A DNA stretch of 64,000 nt from Promethearchaeota archaeon. Lineage in GTDB: Archaea > Asgardarchaeota > Lokiarchaeia > Sigyniarchaeales > SOKP01. Location: the NCBI GenBank assembly GCA_019057795.1, contig JAHLWS010000078.1, positions 96,001-160,000 of the forward strand, in the 5' to 3' direction. Both the position numbers and the translations under genes were made by a program. The notes beneath the pieces are model-generated. The model was not told the origin of the DNA. It did no database searches and saw only the letters and a list, made by a program, of their open reading frames with translations. Positions 10,998 to 19,756 of the stretch are shown here, in pieces. How positions within the stretch are numbered: position 1 is the stretch's first letter; each line of letters begins with the position of its first letter.

Positions 10998-11162
10998 GCC
11001 AAGGTGGCGTAGCCCGGTGAGGTCGTTAGAGTCTTCCAACCTCGGGTAAGAACGCACTAGATCTATCGGAATGCCCGATACAAGTGAAACTGAAGATCTA
11101 GGTATCAGGGGTTCAAAATGTGTCTTGCGATCCGCAACAATATGAAATTCCCCTTCTTGGCA
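10998..11162 (+). tRNA. tRNA-Phe(GAA) with three introns: 11019-11048 (D loop), 11061-11088 (30/31), 11118-11148 (59/60)
   Basis: Removing the three inserts gives a 76-nt cloverleaf (GCCAAGG/TCTTGGC, GCGT/ACGC, CTAGA-CTGAAGA-TCTAG, AGGGG-TTCAAAT-CCCCT); BHB central helices CCCG/CGGG, CACT/AGTG, TTCA/TGAA. Confidence 0.92.
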
Positions 11163-11339
11163 TTTTAGATTTCACTTGAATTTCTTTTTTAAATCTTTAA
11201 TTACATTTTTAGCTTCTTCATTTAAAAATTCTCTTTATGCTTTTTTTAATCCTGTCCAATTGTCGCTATAGGTCAAAGCAACTTCTAGTTCATTGAAAAT
11301 CGATTCATTACTTACATCGCATTTCAGAATTGTCTTTTT

Positions 11340-12710
11340 TTATGAATAGTAATGAGGATCCAGCTCTCGAACTCGATTTATTTTACCTCTTAATTCATGT
11401 GACTTGAAATTTAAAAAAGTTTGATATAATTCTAAAGAGCTTGGACCTCTATTATTTTCATCATAAAATGTATCAATATAGTCATAGACAATATGGTGCT
11501 TCTCTTCTCCTCTACCATAGAGGCCATTTCCTTTTAAATATTTATTAATAGTAGGCTTTAAATCTGGTTGAGAAATCAGAAAATCTCTTAAATTAACGCT
11601 TAAAACACCTTGGTATTCTATATTACTTTTAGGATGTAACTTCTTAAACTGATTAACATATTTCGTAAAAACTGAATTCATTGGTAAAACTTCTCTGACT
11701 TCCTTGTTTCCTCTTAAAACATCAAGGATTTGGGTATTTTCTAATATTTCTCTCTTCATAGGTGACATACTTTCAATTTCTTGGCTGAGTTTTTTATTTA
11801 ACTCTTCCTGCTTTTTCATATTTTTAAATTTTTTTACAATATCATCAAGCTTGCCGAATTCATAATCTTCTGCCCATAAAGTACCATGGTGCATCTGTCT
11901 CATATCTTTACGTCTATCTAGCTTCAATTTAGCGTCATTTTTTGTTAACAAATTAATAGGGACAATATAGCTCTTAAGATTGTCCTGATTAACAGAAGCA
12001 ATAAAATCAACTTTACCTTTATACGATTCCCTAAAACGATTTCGGTTGATATTAAGTTTTCGTTGAGCTGTATCAAATCTGATATAAGTACTATCTTTTT
12101 CCTTAAATGTCCTAGCAGTTTTCACTTCTATTGCATAAAACTCACTTTTTTTTTTAACTATTAAATCAAAAGACGGTCTTCCTACAATCGGGTGAAGCAC
12201 ATTATATCCATGTTTTATAAATTCAGCGGCTATTCTCAATTCTATTGCGTCACCTCGATCAAGAGATGTTATTTCTTTCAAGAGGTTATCTTTACGTCTA
12301 ATCTCATAAAGCTTGTAATTACTTATATCTTTATTAATAATTTGAATTGGTATTAAGTAAGATTTATCACTTTTGTTATTATATATACCAATATAATCAA
12401 AATCTTCATTCTTCTTATCGAGTTTATTAGATTCTAAATTATTCTCAAAAACTTTAACTCTAGAAAACTTATCTGCACTTAAAAATGGTTTTTTACCATA
12501 TTTTTGCTGAATAATAAAATCATAATTAGGATTATTACTAATAGGTGTGGATATTATGTAGCCATTACTCACTAAATCCGCAGCAATGTTGACTCGAGCA
12601 ATTTCAATTTTATTTGGTGCTTCGACATTATCTTCTTTAATTTTTCCCCTATTTATCATCTCTATTTCATTAATATTATGAGATAAATCTTCGCTATTCT
12701 TCTTCTTCAC
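11340..12710 (-). CDS. Tandem PD-(D/E)XK endonuclease domains (group I intron-associated type); probably the 3' part of the preceding gene
   Basis: YDFIIQ...RVKV and FDLIV...AIEVKT...YKGKVDFIA; in frame with 12777-13643 across one TAA. Confidence 0.75.
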   Translation of the reverse strand: MKKKNSEDLSHNINEIEMINRGKIKEDNVEAPNKIEIARVNIAADLVSNGYIISTPISNNPNYDFIIQQKYGKKPFLSADKFSRVKVFENNLESNKLDKKNEDFDYIGIYNNKSDKSYLIPIQIINKDISNYKLYEIRRKDNLLKEITSLDRGDAIELRIAAEFIKHGYNVLHPIVGRPSFDLIVKKKSEFYAIEVKTARTFKEKDSTYIRFDTAQRKLNINRNRFRESYKGKVDFIASVNQDNLKSYIVPINLLTKNDAKLKLDRRKDMRQMHHGTLWAEDYEFGKLDDIVKKFKNMKKQEELNKKLSQEIESMSPMKREILENTQILDVLRGNKEVREVLPMNSVFTKYVNQFKKLHPKSNIEYQGVLSVNLRDFLISQPDLKPTINKYLKGNGLYGRGEEKHHIVYDYIDTFYDENNRGPSSLELYQTFLNFKSHELRGKINRVRELDPHYYS

Positions 12711-12776
12711 AATAGAATCGTAAATAACGATATCTTCATCTATTCTCCCTAATTGAGCTAAAACGATTTTATTTTC

Positions 12777-13643
12777 TTATGTTAAGCGAATCATCTCATC
12801 GATAATTGAATCAGATAATTTTTCTCTATTATTTCCATCTAAATTCTTGTTTTTTACCTCAAATCTTTCTTTTATAGAATCATCAATTTTAACTGAATAA
12901 ATGTTGTTTTTTCCTTCAATTTCACTCATTGGAATGAGATATGATTTAATCTCATTCCTATTATAGACCCCAAAATATTCTATTTCCCCTTTATAGCTTT
13001 TTATTCCTCCTTTAGATGAGCTGGATTGAATTGGAAATCTTTCATCCTTTGTCATAGTTTTTACTTGAACTCTATCTATTTTACCTTTCTCTTCAATTAG
13101 TATATCATATCGTTGAAAATCTCCATATGGGATCGAAACATTTTTACCATTTCTTTCTAAATCTCTTATTAAACTCAACTCAGAGATACTTCCAATTTTT
13201 TGCCTTTGACTAAGCTTAAATTTTTTAGTCGGGTGCTTTTTGTCTTTAAAATTTGTATCCGAACTTTCATTTTTTTTTTCGAGGTTTGTTTTTTCTTTTG
13301 ATGTAAATTTTATAATTTCAATAGGTTTTCCTTTATCGCCATATTTTTCTTTGATGTATTTTTTGTCTCTTTCTTCAGTCTGCTTCTCGTCTCTAATTCT
13401 TCTGTATTCATCAGGATGACTATTGAAACTAAATTTTGGATTTAATTCTGCATCGTCTATCGGTTCAAATGAATTATCCATTAAATCAGTGCTGTTCGGA
13501 TTTTCATCAGATGGGACGAAATCGTTTCCTAAATCATCTTTTTCCTCAAATCTGGATTCAGGTTGAAACTCATTTTCAAGTCTTTCACTGATTTTTTCAC
13601 TTTTTATCTTTTTTTCCTTCTCTTGTTCAGTATATTCTCGCAT
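12777..13643 (-). CDS. F-x-P-leader protein with PD-(D/E)XK endonuclease
   Basis: GSISE...SIPYGDFQRYDILIE...RVQVKT; first ~117 aa closely match 13700-14938. Confidence 0.85.
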   Translation of the reverse strand: MREYTEQEKEKKIKSEKISERLENEFQPESRFEEKDDLGNDFVPSDENPNSTDLMDNSFEPIDDAELNPKFSFNSHPDEYRRIRDEKQTEERDKKYIKEKYGDKGKPIEIIKFTSKEKTNLEKKNESSDTNFKDKKHPTKKFKLSQRQKIGSISELSLIRDLERNGKNVSIPYGDFQRYDILIEEKGKIDRVQVKTMTKDERFPIQSSSSKGGIKSYKGEIEYFGVYNRNEIKSYLIPMSEIEGKNNIYSVKIDDSIKERFEVKNKNLDGNNREKLSDSIIDEMIRLT

Positions 13644-13699
13644 GGAGCCACCTTTTTTCTTTTAACTATATTTCTTTTGCCAGGATAAAACAAAATCAA

Positions 13700-14938
13700 T
13701 CAATTTAATTTCTTTTCTAGTTCCTTGATCACTTCTTTTCCGTAATTATTTAACTGATCCAATTTCCTCCTTTTATCTCTTAAGGCTTTTTCAATCGCAT
13801 TTATGATGTTCTTCTTATCTACTTTGTATCCATGCTTTTCACATAAATTTCTTAAGAAATTTTCATATTCGATTGAGTAGTGAATTTTTTTATCCGGATA
13901 TTTCTTATCAAGTTCTTTTTTAATTTTAGCTCTCTTAAGTGGATCCTCAAATGTTAATAAACTCATTCCAATTGTTTTTGCATGGAAGTCCCATTTTTTA
14001 GGTTTAACATTGTATAGAAATTTGGAAATCTCAAATTTATTTTCAATAGTAGTTTGATATGTTTTGAATTCCTCCTTTGTATCAGGATTTTGATAAATTT
14101 TAGGTTTAGGTATTTTTTGAGTCTCTATTCCCACAGACTCACAAATTTCCTTAAAATCTTTAACTAAAGGGAATGAGCCATTTTTAAAATTTAATCCAAA
14201 TGATTTCTGAGTATTTCTAAGATAGACTGAGCCATCAGTATCAAAAAGGCCTCGTAAACATCCAATTTTATTTCTCTCCGTTTTTTTAACCCAATTAGGA
14301 ACTTTAACTTGGTTTTTAACTTTATCTCCAGGAATTATACCTTTTTCTATCAATCCTTCTACTACTGATTTATTATATATTGTAAGGTCAGTCCCCTTTC
14401 TATCACTTTTATCATAAGATTTCGGTGAAATATTGAAGAGTTCTTCCATCAACTCTTTGGTATAATTTCGATACTTCTTTTCTTCTACTCGATTTGAAGA
14501 TATTCTTAATCGATACTTTTTACCTTTTTCGTAGTGAGTATTACCATCTCCAAGTATGATCCCAATCATTTCTGCGAGTTTTGGGTTTTCTTCTGATGTA
14601 AATTTTATAGTTTCAATAGGTTTTCCTTTATTACCATATTTTTCTTTGAGGTAATTTTTGTCTCTCTCTTTAATATGCTTCTCGTCTTTAATTCTTCGAT
14701 ATTTATCTTTATGGCTACTAAAACCAGATTTTGGATATAATTCTGCATCGTCAAATGGCTCAAACTCGTTATCAAATTTATCAGTGTTGTTAGGATTTTC
14801 ATCAATGGGAACGAAATCATTTCCTAATTCATCGTTTTTCCTGAGTTTGGTCTTGGGTTGAAACTCCTTTTCAAATTTTTCACTCTTTTTATCGCTTTTC
14901 TTCTCTTTTTCCTTCCCTTGTTCAATATATTCTCGCAT
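13700..14938 (-). CDS. F-x-P-leader protein with double-motif LAGLIDADG endonuclease
   Basis: LAEMIGIILGDG and LRGLFDTDG. Confidence 0.88.
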   Translation of the reverse strand: MREYIEQGKEKEKKSDKKSEKFEKEFQPKTKLRKNDELGNDFVPIDENPNNTDKFDNEFEPFDDAELYPKSGFSSHKDKYRRIKDEKHIKERDKNYLKEKYGNKGKPIETIKFTSEENPKLAEMIGIILGDGNTHYEKGKKYRLRISSNRVEEKKYRNYTKELMEELFNISPKSYDKSDRKGTDLTIYNKSVVEGLIEKGIIPGDKVKNQVKVPNWVKKTERNKIGCLRGLFDTDGSVYLRNTQKSFGLNFKNGSFPLVKDFKEICESVGIETQKIPKPKIYQNPDTKEEFKTYQTTIENKFEISKFLYNVKPKKWDFHAKTIGMSLLTFEDPLKRAKIKKELDKKYPDKKIHYSIEYENFLRNLCEKHGYKVDKKNIINAIEKALRDKRRKLDQLNNYGKEVIKELEKKLN

Positions 14939-14956
14939 GAAGCCCCCTTTTTGATT

Positions 14957-15508
14957 TTATTTCTCGTAAATTGATTTTTTATATTGTTCCTTCTTGAGTT
15001 CTCTGTTAATTTCTTCATCTGATTTTACAAAAAAATTCTTGACTTCTTTTATAAAATCTTTAATTCCTTGCTCTAAGTTTTTCCAAAAATCTCCTTTTGG
15101 TTTGGAAGGCTTAGGTTGTTTTTCGGGGGTACTTTTCTTTTCTGGTTGCTGAGATACATTAATAATTGTATTACCTTTATCTTTAGGGGGGTTATCAGGC
15201 GGTTCTTTATCTGGGGGGCTAATTTTATAATCAGGCGTTTCATTCACTTGAGTATTTGGTTTATCATTTTCAATATTTTGTTCTTCACCCAAACTGTCTT
15301 TATCGCCAGGATCGAATGGTTCAAAATCGTTTTGGTCGAGATTGTCATCCATTTCTCTTTCATCTTGGGGTTCGAACTCATTGTCCATTTCTTCATTGGT
15401 TTCATCATCTATATCGGTTGGTTCGAATTCGTCTTCAATATCAGATATTTCGTCTTCAATTTCGTCATCAACATCTGAATCATCTAAATCTTCATACTCT
15501 TCACTTAT
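14957..15508 (-). CDS. Very acidic, Pro-rich protein with three F-E-P repeats; probable ATA start
   Basis: Frame is open 40 codons upstream of ATG 15388 to an ATA preceded by AGGTGAT; the extension has the same D/E-rich composition (EDEFEP). Confidence 0.7.
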   Translation of the reverse strand: MSEEYEDLDDSDVDDEIEDEISDIEDEFEPTDIDDETNEEMDNEFEPQDEREMDDNLDQNDFEPFDPGDKDSLGEEQNIENDKPNTQVNETPDYKISPPDKEPPDNPPKDKGNTIINVSQQPEKKSTPEKQPKPSKPKGDFWKNLEQGIKDFIKEVKNFFVKSDEEINRELKKEQYKKSIYEK

Positions 15509-18338
15509 TTTTGATCACCTTTTTTTTTTCTTTTAAAAAATCAAGATTAAATCTATTCTGAGAATCAAGTAAATCGGGAGATAATGGTTCTCCACAATAC
15601 GTGCACATAAAATCATTCTCATCAGGGGGATTACTACAGTATGGGCATATATTTTTGTCATGTGACATGTTAATTTGTTCTCTGAGCTCTTGTTTATTAA
15701 CTTTAATATCTAATGTTTCAATGATAAATTTTTCTCCATTAATTCCGTTTAAAATTAACGCTTGTCGGTTTTTTTGGCACATTAGGAATTCCTGCTCTAC
15801 GGGATTTCCGATCATAATAGTATTGCAAGGATACCCGACCCGAAAAATAATTTTCAAGCTGGGGAGTGTGGTAACGCAATCAAAAAGTCTTGAAGGGGTT
15901 TGGTCCGATAAGATAAAGGAGAGTCCTTTGGAGCGAAATTCTCTTAAAAGCTCGTTGAAAATTTTTTCTAATTGTTCTCGAGAAATAAAGTCATCATCGT
16001 CGTAATTGTTTGTGATTGATTTTTCTAAGATCTGGTGAGCCTCGTCAATTAAAATAATGTTTTTTAATTTACCAGCTTCTCTATCTGGAATTAAAACGCG
16101 GATTAATTGAAAAATCGCGCTTGTTAAGACTCTCTTTTCGTAAATCGTGCACATCGAGAAATCGAGAAAAATTTTCTTCCCTTTCTGCCAATCCATAAAC
16201 CAACCAGGAACCGCTTTATCAGGGTTTAAACGGAGGGTATTCGTTAAAATTTCGTTGGAAAAAAGTGAGAGCACTCGATTTTTTATAGCCCTTACTATGT
16301 TAGTTTGAAACTTTACATGGTATGGATATTGTTCAAAATACCTTAGGAGATTCTGAAATAGCATTTTTAACGAGCTAGGTAATTTTCCTTTCTTTGTTAG
16401 AAACGAGTTCATTACGTTGACCATATTCTTTTCGACGATATTTTTTAACCCAAGAGCAGCAATTAAGTAAGTAGCAGTTTCTTGTAAGCTTCTTTCAAGA
16501 TACTGTCCTTCATGAAAATAAGGCACTTTGAAATCAGAGGATCCAAATTTAATAACTTTATCAACTTTATAGAAAAGTTCCTGATTTCCTTTTCCAAGGT
16601 TTAATATTAGAATTCCGACATCAGGGTTTTTATTATAAAACTCGTTAACGATTTGAGCTAAAAGATAAGTTTTTCCCGTACCTTGTTGTCCTGCTATCAA
16701 AAGACTTTGAGCGAAGGAATTTTTATGCAATAATATTTTTCGCTTGGTGCTTCTCCCATTGTTGACATATTTCCCAATTAAAATATGATTTGGGTCACTA
16801 TCGCTAATAGGAATGTGTTTAATATTTTCATTTCTTAAAGTAAACGGTTTAGTTAACGGGATGTTCTCCGGAATGTTAAAATCAACGCAATTAGATGTAA
16901 TATAACCTCCAGATATGATGTTAACCCGTTTAATATTTCCATGGGTTCCTAAAGGTACTCTTTTAAGCTGTGCTGGATTTTTTTTATTGCGGCAGGACAA
17001 TGTAAGGCTCTTTAATTTACCCTCGAGGGTTTGAATTTCTTGTTTCATTAACACGGGATCAGTTTGGTTTATTTGATAATTGATATAAATCCGCACTCTG
17101 AAAATATCATCTTGCCACATTGATAATAACCGTTTTTTTTCATCTTCGTCTTTGAATTTTAAATTTCCAATTTTATCTCTAAATTTGCTAACCTTCTTAT
17201 CTTCAGTTCTTTTCCAGATGATGTAGAGTTTAACTTTTTTATCGCTCCGATGGAAAAGATTAATAAAATCGTTGATTAGTGTAAATTTCTCCATATAAGG
17301 TGGTTTAGGTAATTTGATTTCCCAAAACCGGTTATTCTTGTAAATTTTCTGTTTGGTAATGGGTTTTAATTCCAAAGTTCCATCTAAACCAGGATACATA
17401 CTCGTTATTCGGCTGAGAAGTGCTTCCCCCAATACTCTTGCTGTTTTCTCGTTTCGAGCTTTGAGAAAAAAAGTCCATCGAAAATCTTTATCTGATTTCA
17501 ATTCTAGGCCATATCTGTGTTTATCAGAGAAAAAATCTTTTAACCAAGCTATTTCATTTTCATTTTTCTCGCTTCCATATTCCATATTTTTACTAAGAAC
17601 TCCTTGGGAAATTTTAACTCTAGCTTGCCAAAAGAGAATCTTATTTTTTTTCTCTTTTTTAGGCTCTAATTGCTTTTTTTCTTCGTTTTCATAACTATTG
17701 ACGCGATGCCTTTTAGATACCTTTAATTTTAATACAATAGTTTGATAGAACGAGGTTATTCTGTTTCTAAAAGATTCGTTTGAAATAGCAATTGTAAGAG
17801 AAACTAAGCATAGCATAAGAGACGCTAAAACAAAAACATCTAGAATTATGGAACTATAAAAAAATAGAGATAGTCCAATAAAAAAGGCTATTAGTTTATA
17901 CTCTTCGTCAAATGGAATAACGATTATAGAAATAACTACGCCTATAATAGTAATGGTGAGCGTTCCAGTAATAAACATATCTGGAAGTCCGACAACGAAA
18001 ATATGAAATGCTAATAGAACCATTATCGAATGAAAGTATAATATTAGATTAGATCGAAAGTTCCTTTGAAATATGAATAAATTGACGCAAAGAACAATTA
18101 GGATTATAAAAAATTCCATTTCAATAAGAATGATGATACTTGGACTCAAAAATTTTAGAAGGAACATATCTTCATATATTATAAAAATAATAACCATTAG
18201 AATAAATGTTCCAAAATACTTCATTAAAGATTTAATCCGTTCTTTCTTATCGGTCAGCCAGTAATAAATAGAAATTAAACTAATAAGTGTAATCGCGATA
18301 ATAATGCCTAGCCAAAAGTTCTCAGAAAAGAAACTCAT
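15501..18338 (-). CDS. Membrane-anchored HerA/VirB4-like P-loop ATPase with C-terminal zinc ribbon
   Basis: About 7 N-terminal TM segments; GQQGTGKT; ILIDEAH; EFRSKG...DQTPS; CPYC...CTYC. Confidence 0.88.
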   Translation of the reverse strand: MSFFSENFWLGIIIAITLISLISIYYWLTDKKERIKSLMKYFGTFILMVIIFIIYEDMFLLKFLSPSIIILIEMEFFIILIVLCVNLFIFQRNFRSNLILYFHSIMVLLAFHIFVVGLPDMFITGTLTITIIGVVISIIVIPFDEEYKLIAFFIGLSLFFYSSIILDVFVLASLMLCLVSLTIAISNESFRNRITSFYQTIVLKLKVSKRHRVNSYENEEKKQLEPKKEKKNKILFWQARVKISQGVLSKNMEYGSEKNENEIAWLKDFFSDKHRYGLELKSDKDFRWTFFLKARNEKTARVLGEALLSRITSMYPGLDGTLELKPITKQKIYKNNRFWEIKLPKPPYMEKFTLINDFINLFHRSDKKVKLYIIWKRTEDKKVSKFRDKIGNLKFKDEDEKKRLLSMWQDDIFRVRIYINYQINQTDPVLMKQEIQTLEGKLKSLTLSCRNKKNPAQLKRVPLGTHGNIKRVNIISGGYITSNCVDFNIPENIPLTKPFTLRNENIKHIPISDSDPNHILIGKYVNNGRSTKRKILLHKNSFAQSLLIAGQQGTGKTYLLAQIVNEFYNKNPDVGILILNLGKGNQELFYKVDKVIKFGSSDFKVPYFHEGQYLERSLQETATYLIAALGLKNIVEKNMVNVMNSFLTKKGKLPSSLKMLFQNLLRYFEQYPYHVKFQTNIVRAIKNRVLSLFSNEILTNTLRLNPDKAVPGWFMDWQKGKKIFLDFSMCTIYEKRVLTSAIFQLIRVLIPDREAGKLKNIILIDEAHQILEKSITNNYDDDDFISREQLEKIFNELLREFRSKGLSFILSDQTPSRLFDCVTTLPSLKIIFRVGYPCNTIMIGNPVEQEFLMCQKNRQALILNGINGEKFIIETLDIKVNKQELREQINMSHDKNICPYCSNPPDENDFMCTYCGEPLSPDLLDSQNRFNLDFLKEKKKVIKNK

Positions 18339-18559
18339 TTATTCAGTCTTTAGATTTTATAAATAAGTTCGAGAAGATTTATAAAAAGTAAGAGAATTTT
18401 ATATGTTTGAATAGTTATAATTATTCTAGATTGAAAAAAATCCTTATTCCGAGTAATATAATCTCAACATTTTCAATACTTAAAAAAAAAAATGATAAAT
18501 CTTTTAAAAATGATTAATAAAAATAATAATAATTAGATAAAAATTAAGAAATATGACTT

Positions 18560-19756
18560 ATGAACTTCGGCGAATTTTGTTCTACAGTTAAAAAATTTTT
18601 CGAGGAATCTCTACAAAATGTAAATGAAGAAATAAGAAATGGAAATATTAAAATAAAAGTTGATTATTCATTTCCATCGTATTTAAGAATTGGAGAGAGC
18701 CCTCAACATTGGATGGCGGAATTAACTGGAGCTAGTGAAATGATTAATGTTAATAATTATGGACTTGAAGCGCCAAATGTAAGTGAAAAGCATGAAAATA
18801 CATCTGCTTTTTTCAATCCTGGTTTAGATATTGAGGATTCAATGAAACCAGTATCTAATATTGTAGCAGTAAAAGGTGTTGGATTTGTTAATTTATGTGT
18901 TGCTACAAATTATGATTATACTGCTTTTAAAAAATTTATTAATTTAGAAACTTCATCTACTGAGGTTAGACTTGATAGTGCTGAGGTTCCAATTACAATT
19001 CAACCAGACTGTAAAACAATTTTTTTCTATAATGTCGACCTGATAAGAACTGAAAATTTCAAATTATTTTTTAAATCTATTCCCACAGCAATAGCAGTTA
19101 AAAAAAACATTACAAGAAATGAATTGAAACAATTTCTAAAACAACTTGTGAATAAATTATTTAAATCAAGGCCACCTACGATTTTTGGGATAAATATAGG
19201 TTATTCTTATTCCTCAGAGAAATTTGCTCGAGATTTATTGAGTTTAACAAATCAACCTATAAATGAACCTATAATTGATGGATTTATTCAAAAACATTTG
19301 AAATTTTTTACAAAAGGTCTTGGATATCAAAGAGGGCTTAGCCAAACTGAATTGAAAATATTAGAAGGAGACTTTGGAGATAAAGAATGTCTTAAACCTG
19401 ATTATTTGATGTTAAGAAATGATGGTTTTTATGATATTCTTGATCTTAAGACATCTGCTTTAAAGAAGAAATCAATCACGATAGGAGATACAAGTCGAAT
19501 GAGATTTAATGCATATGTAAGTGAATTAATATCTCAACTTGTAGGTTATGAAAGATATTTCAAATTAGAAAAAAACTATAAATGGGTTTTAAAAAAATAT
19601 GGTATAAAAATAAGAAATCCAAAACTAATTGGAATTGTTGGTAGTTTTCAAAATTTCGATCGCTCTCAGGTTGATTTAGCATTAGAACAATATAAAGATA
19701 ATATCGCTATTTTAAGCTACTCTGATTTAATCAATTTATTAAGAAAAAATATCTAA
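18560..19756 (+). CDS. Shedu (SduA/DUF4263)-like anti-viral nuclease
   Basis: C-terminal E..I..FI.KH, PDYL, ILDLKT, ISQLVGYERY, IRNPKLIGIVG. Confidence 0.7.
   Translation: MNFGEFCSTVKKFFEESLQNVNEEIRNGNIKIKVDYSFPSYLRIGESPQHWMAELTGASEMINVNNYGLEAPNVSEKHENTSAFFNPGLDIEDSMKPVSNIVAVKGVGFVNLCVATNYDYTAFKKFINLETSSTEVRLDSAEVPITIQPDCKTIFFYNVDLIRTENFKLFFKSIPTAIAVKKNITRNELKQFLKQLVNKLFKSRPPTIFGINIGYSYSSEKFARDLLSLTNQPINEPIIDGFIQKHLKFFTKGLGYQRGLSQTELKILEGDFGDKECLKPDYLMLRNDGFYDILDLKTSALKKKSITIGDTSRMRFNAYVSELISQLVGYERYFKLEKNYKWVLKKYGIKIRNPKLIGIVGSFQNFDRSQVDLALEQYKDNIAILSYSDLINLLRKNI

Noticed and set aside
12777-12779. Sec/Pyl recoding of the in-frame stops here and at 30085-30087
   Set aside because: Both are TAA, the common stop in this window; readthrough in iolM would leave 10 extra residues in the catalytic motif.
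13700-14938. LAGLIDADG genes (also 32062-33726) as inteins or group I intron ORFs
   Set aside because: No Cys/Ser-start or His-Asn splice motifs, no flanking exteins and no visible ribozyme-sized flanks.
14605-16005. Short overlapping or antisense ORFs (e.g. 14658, 15116, 15256, 15342, 15601; also 8325, 25152, 40057, 40789, 43032)
   Set aside because: Shadows of longer, motif-supported genes, with no independent support.
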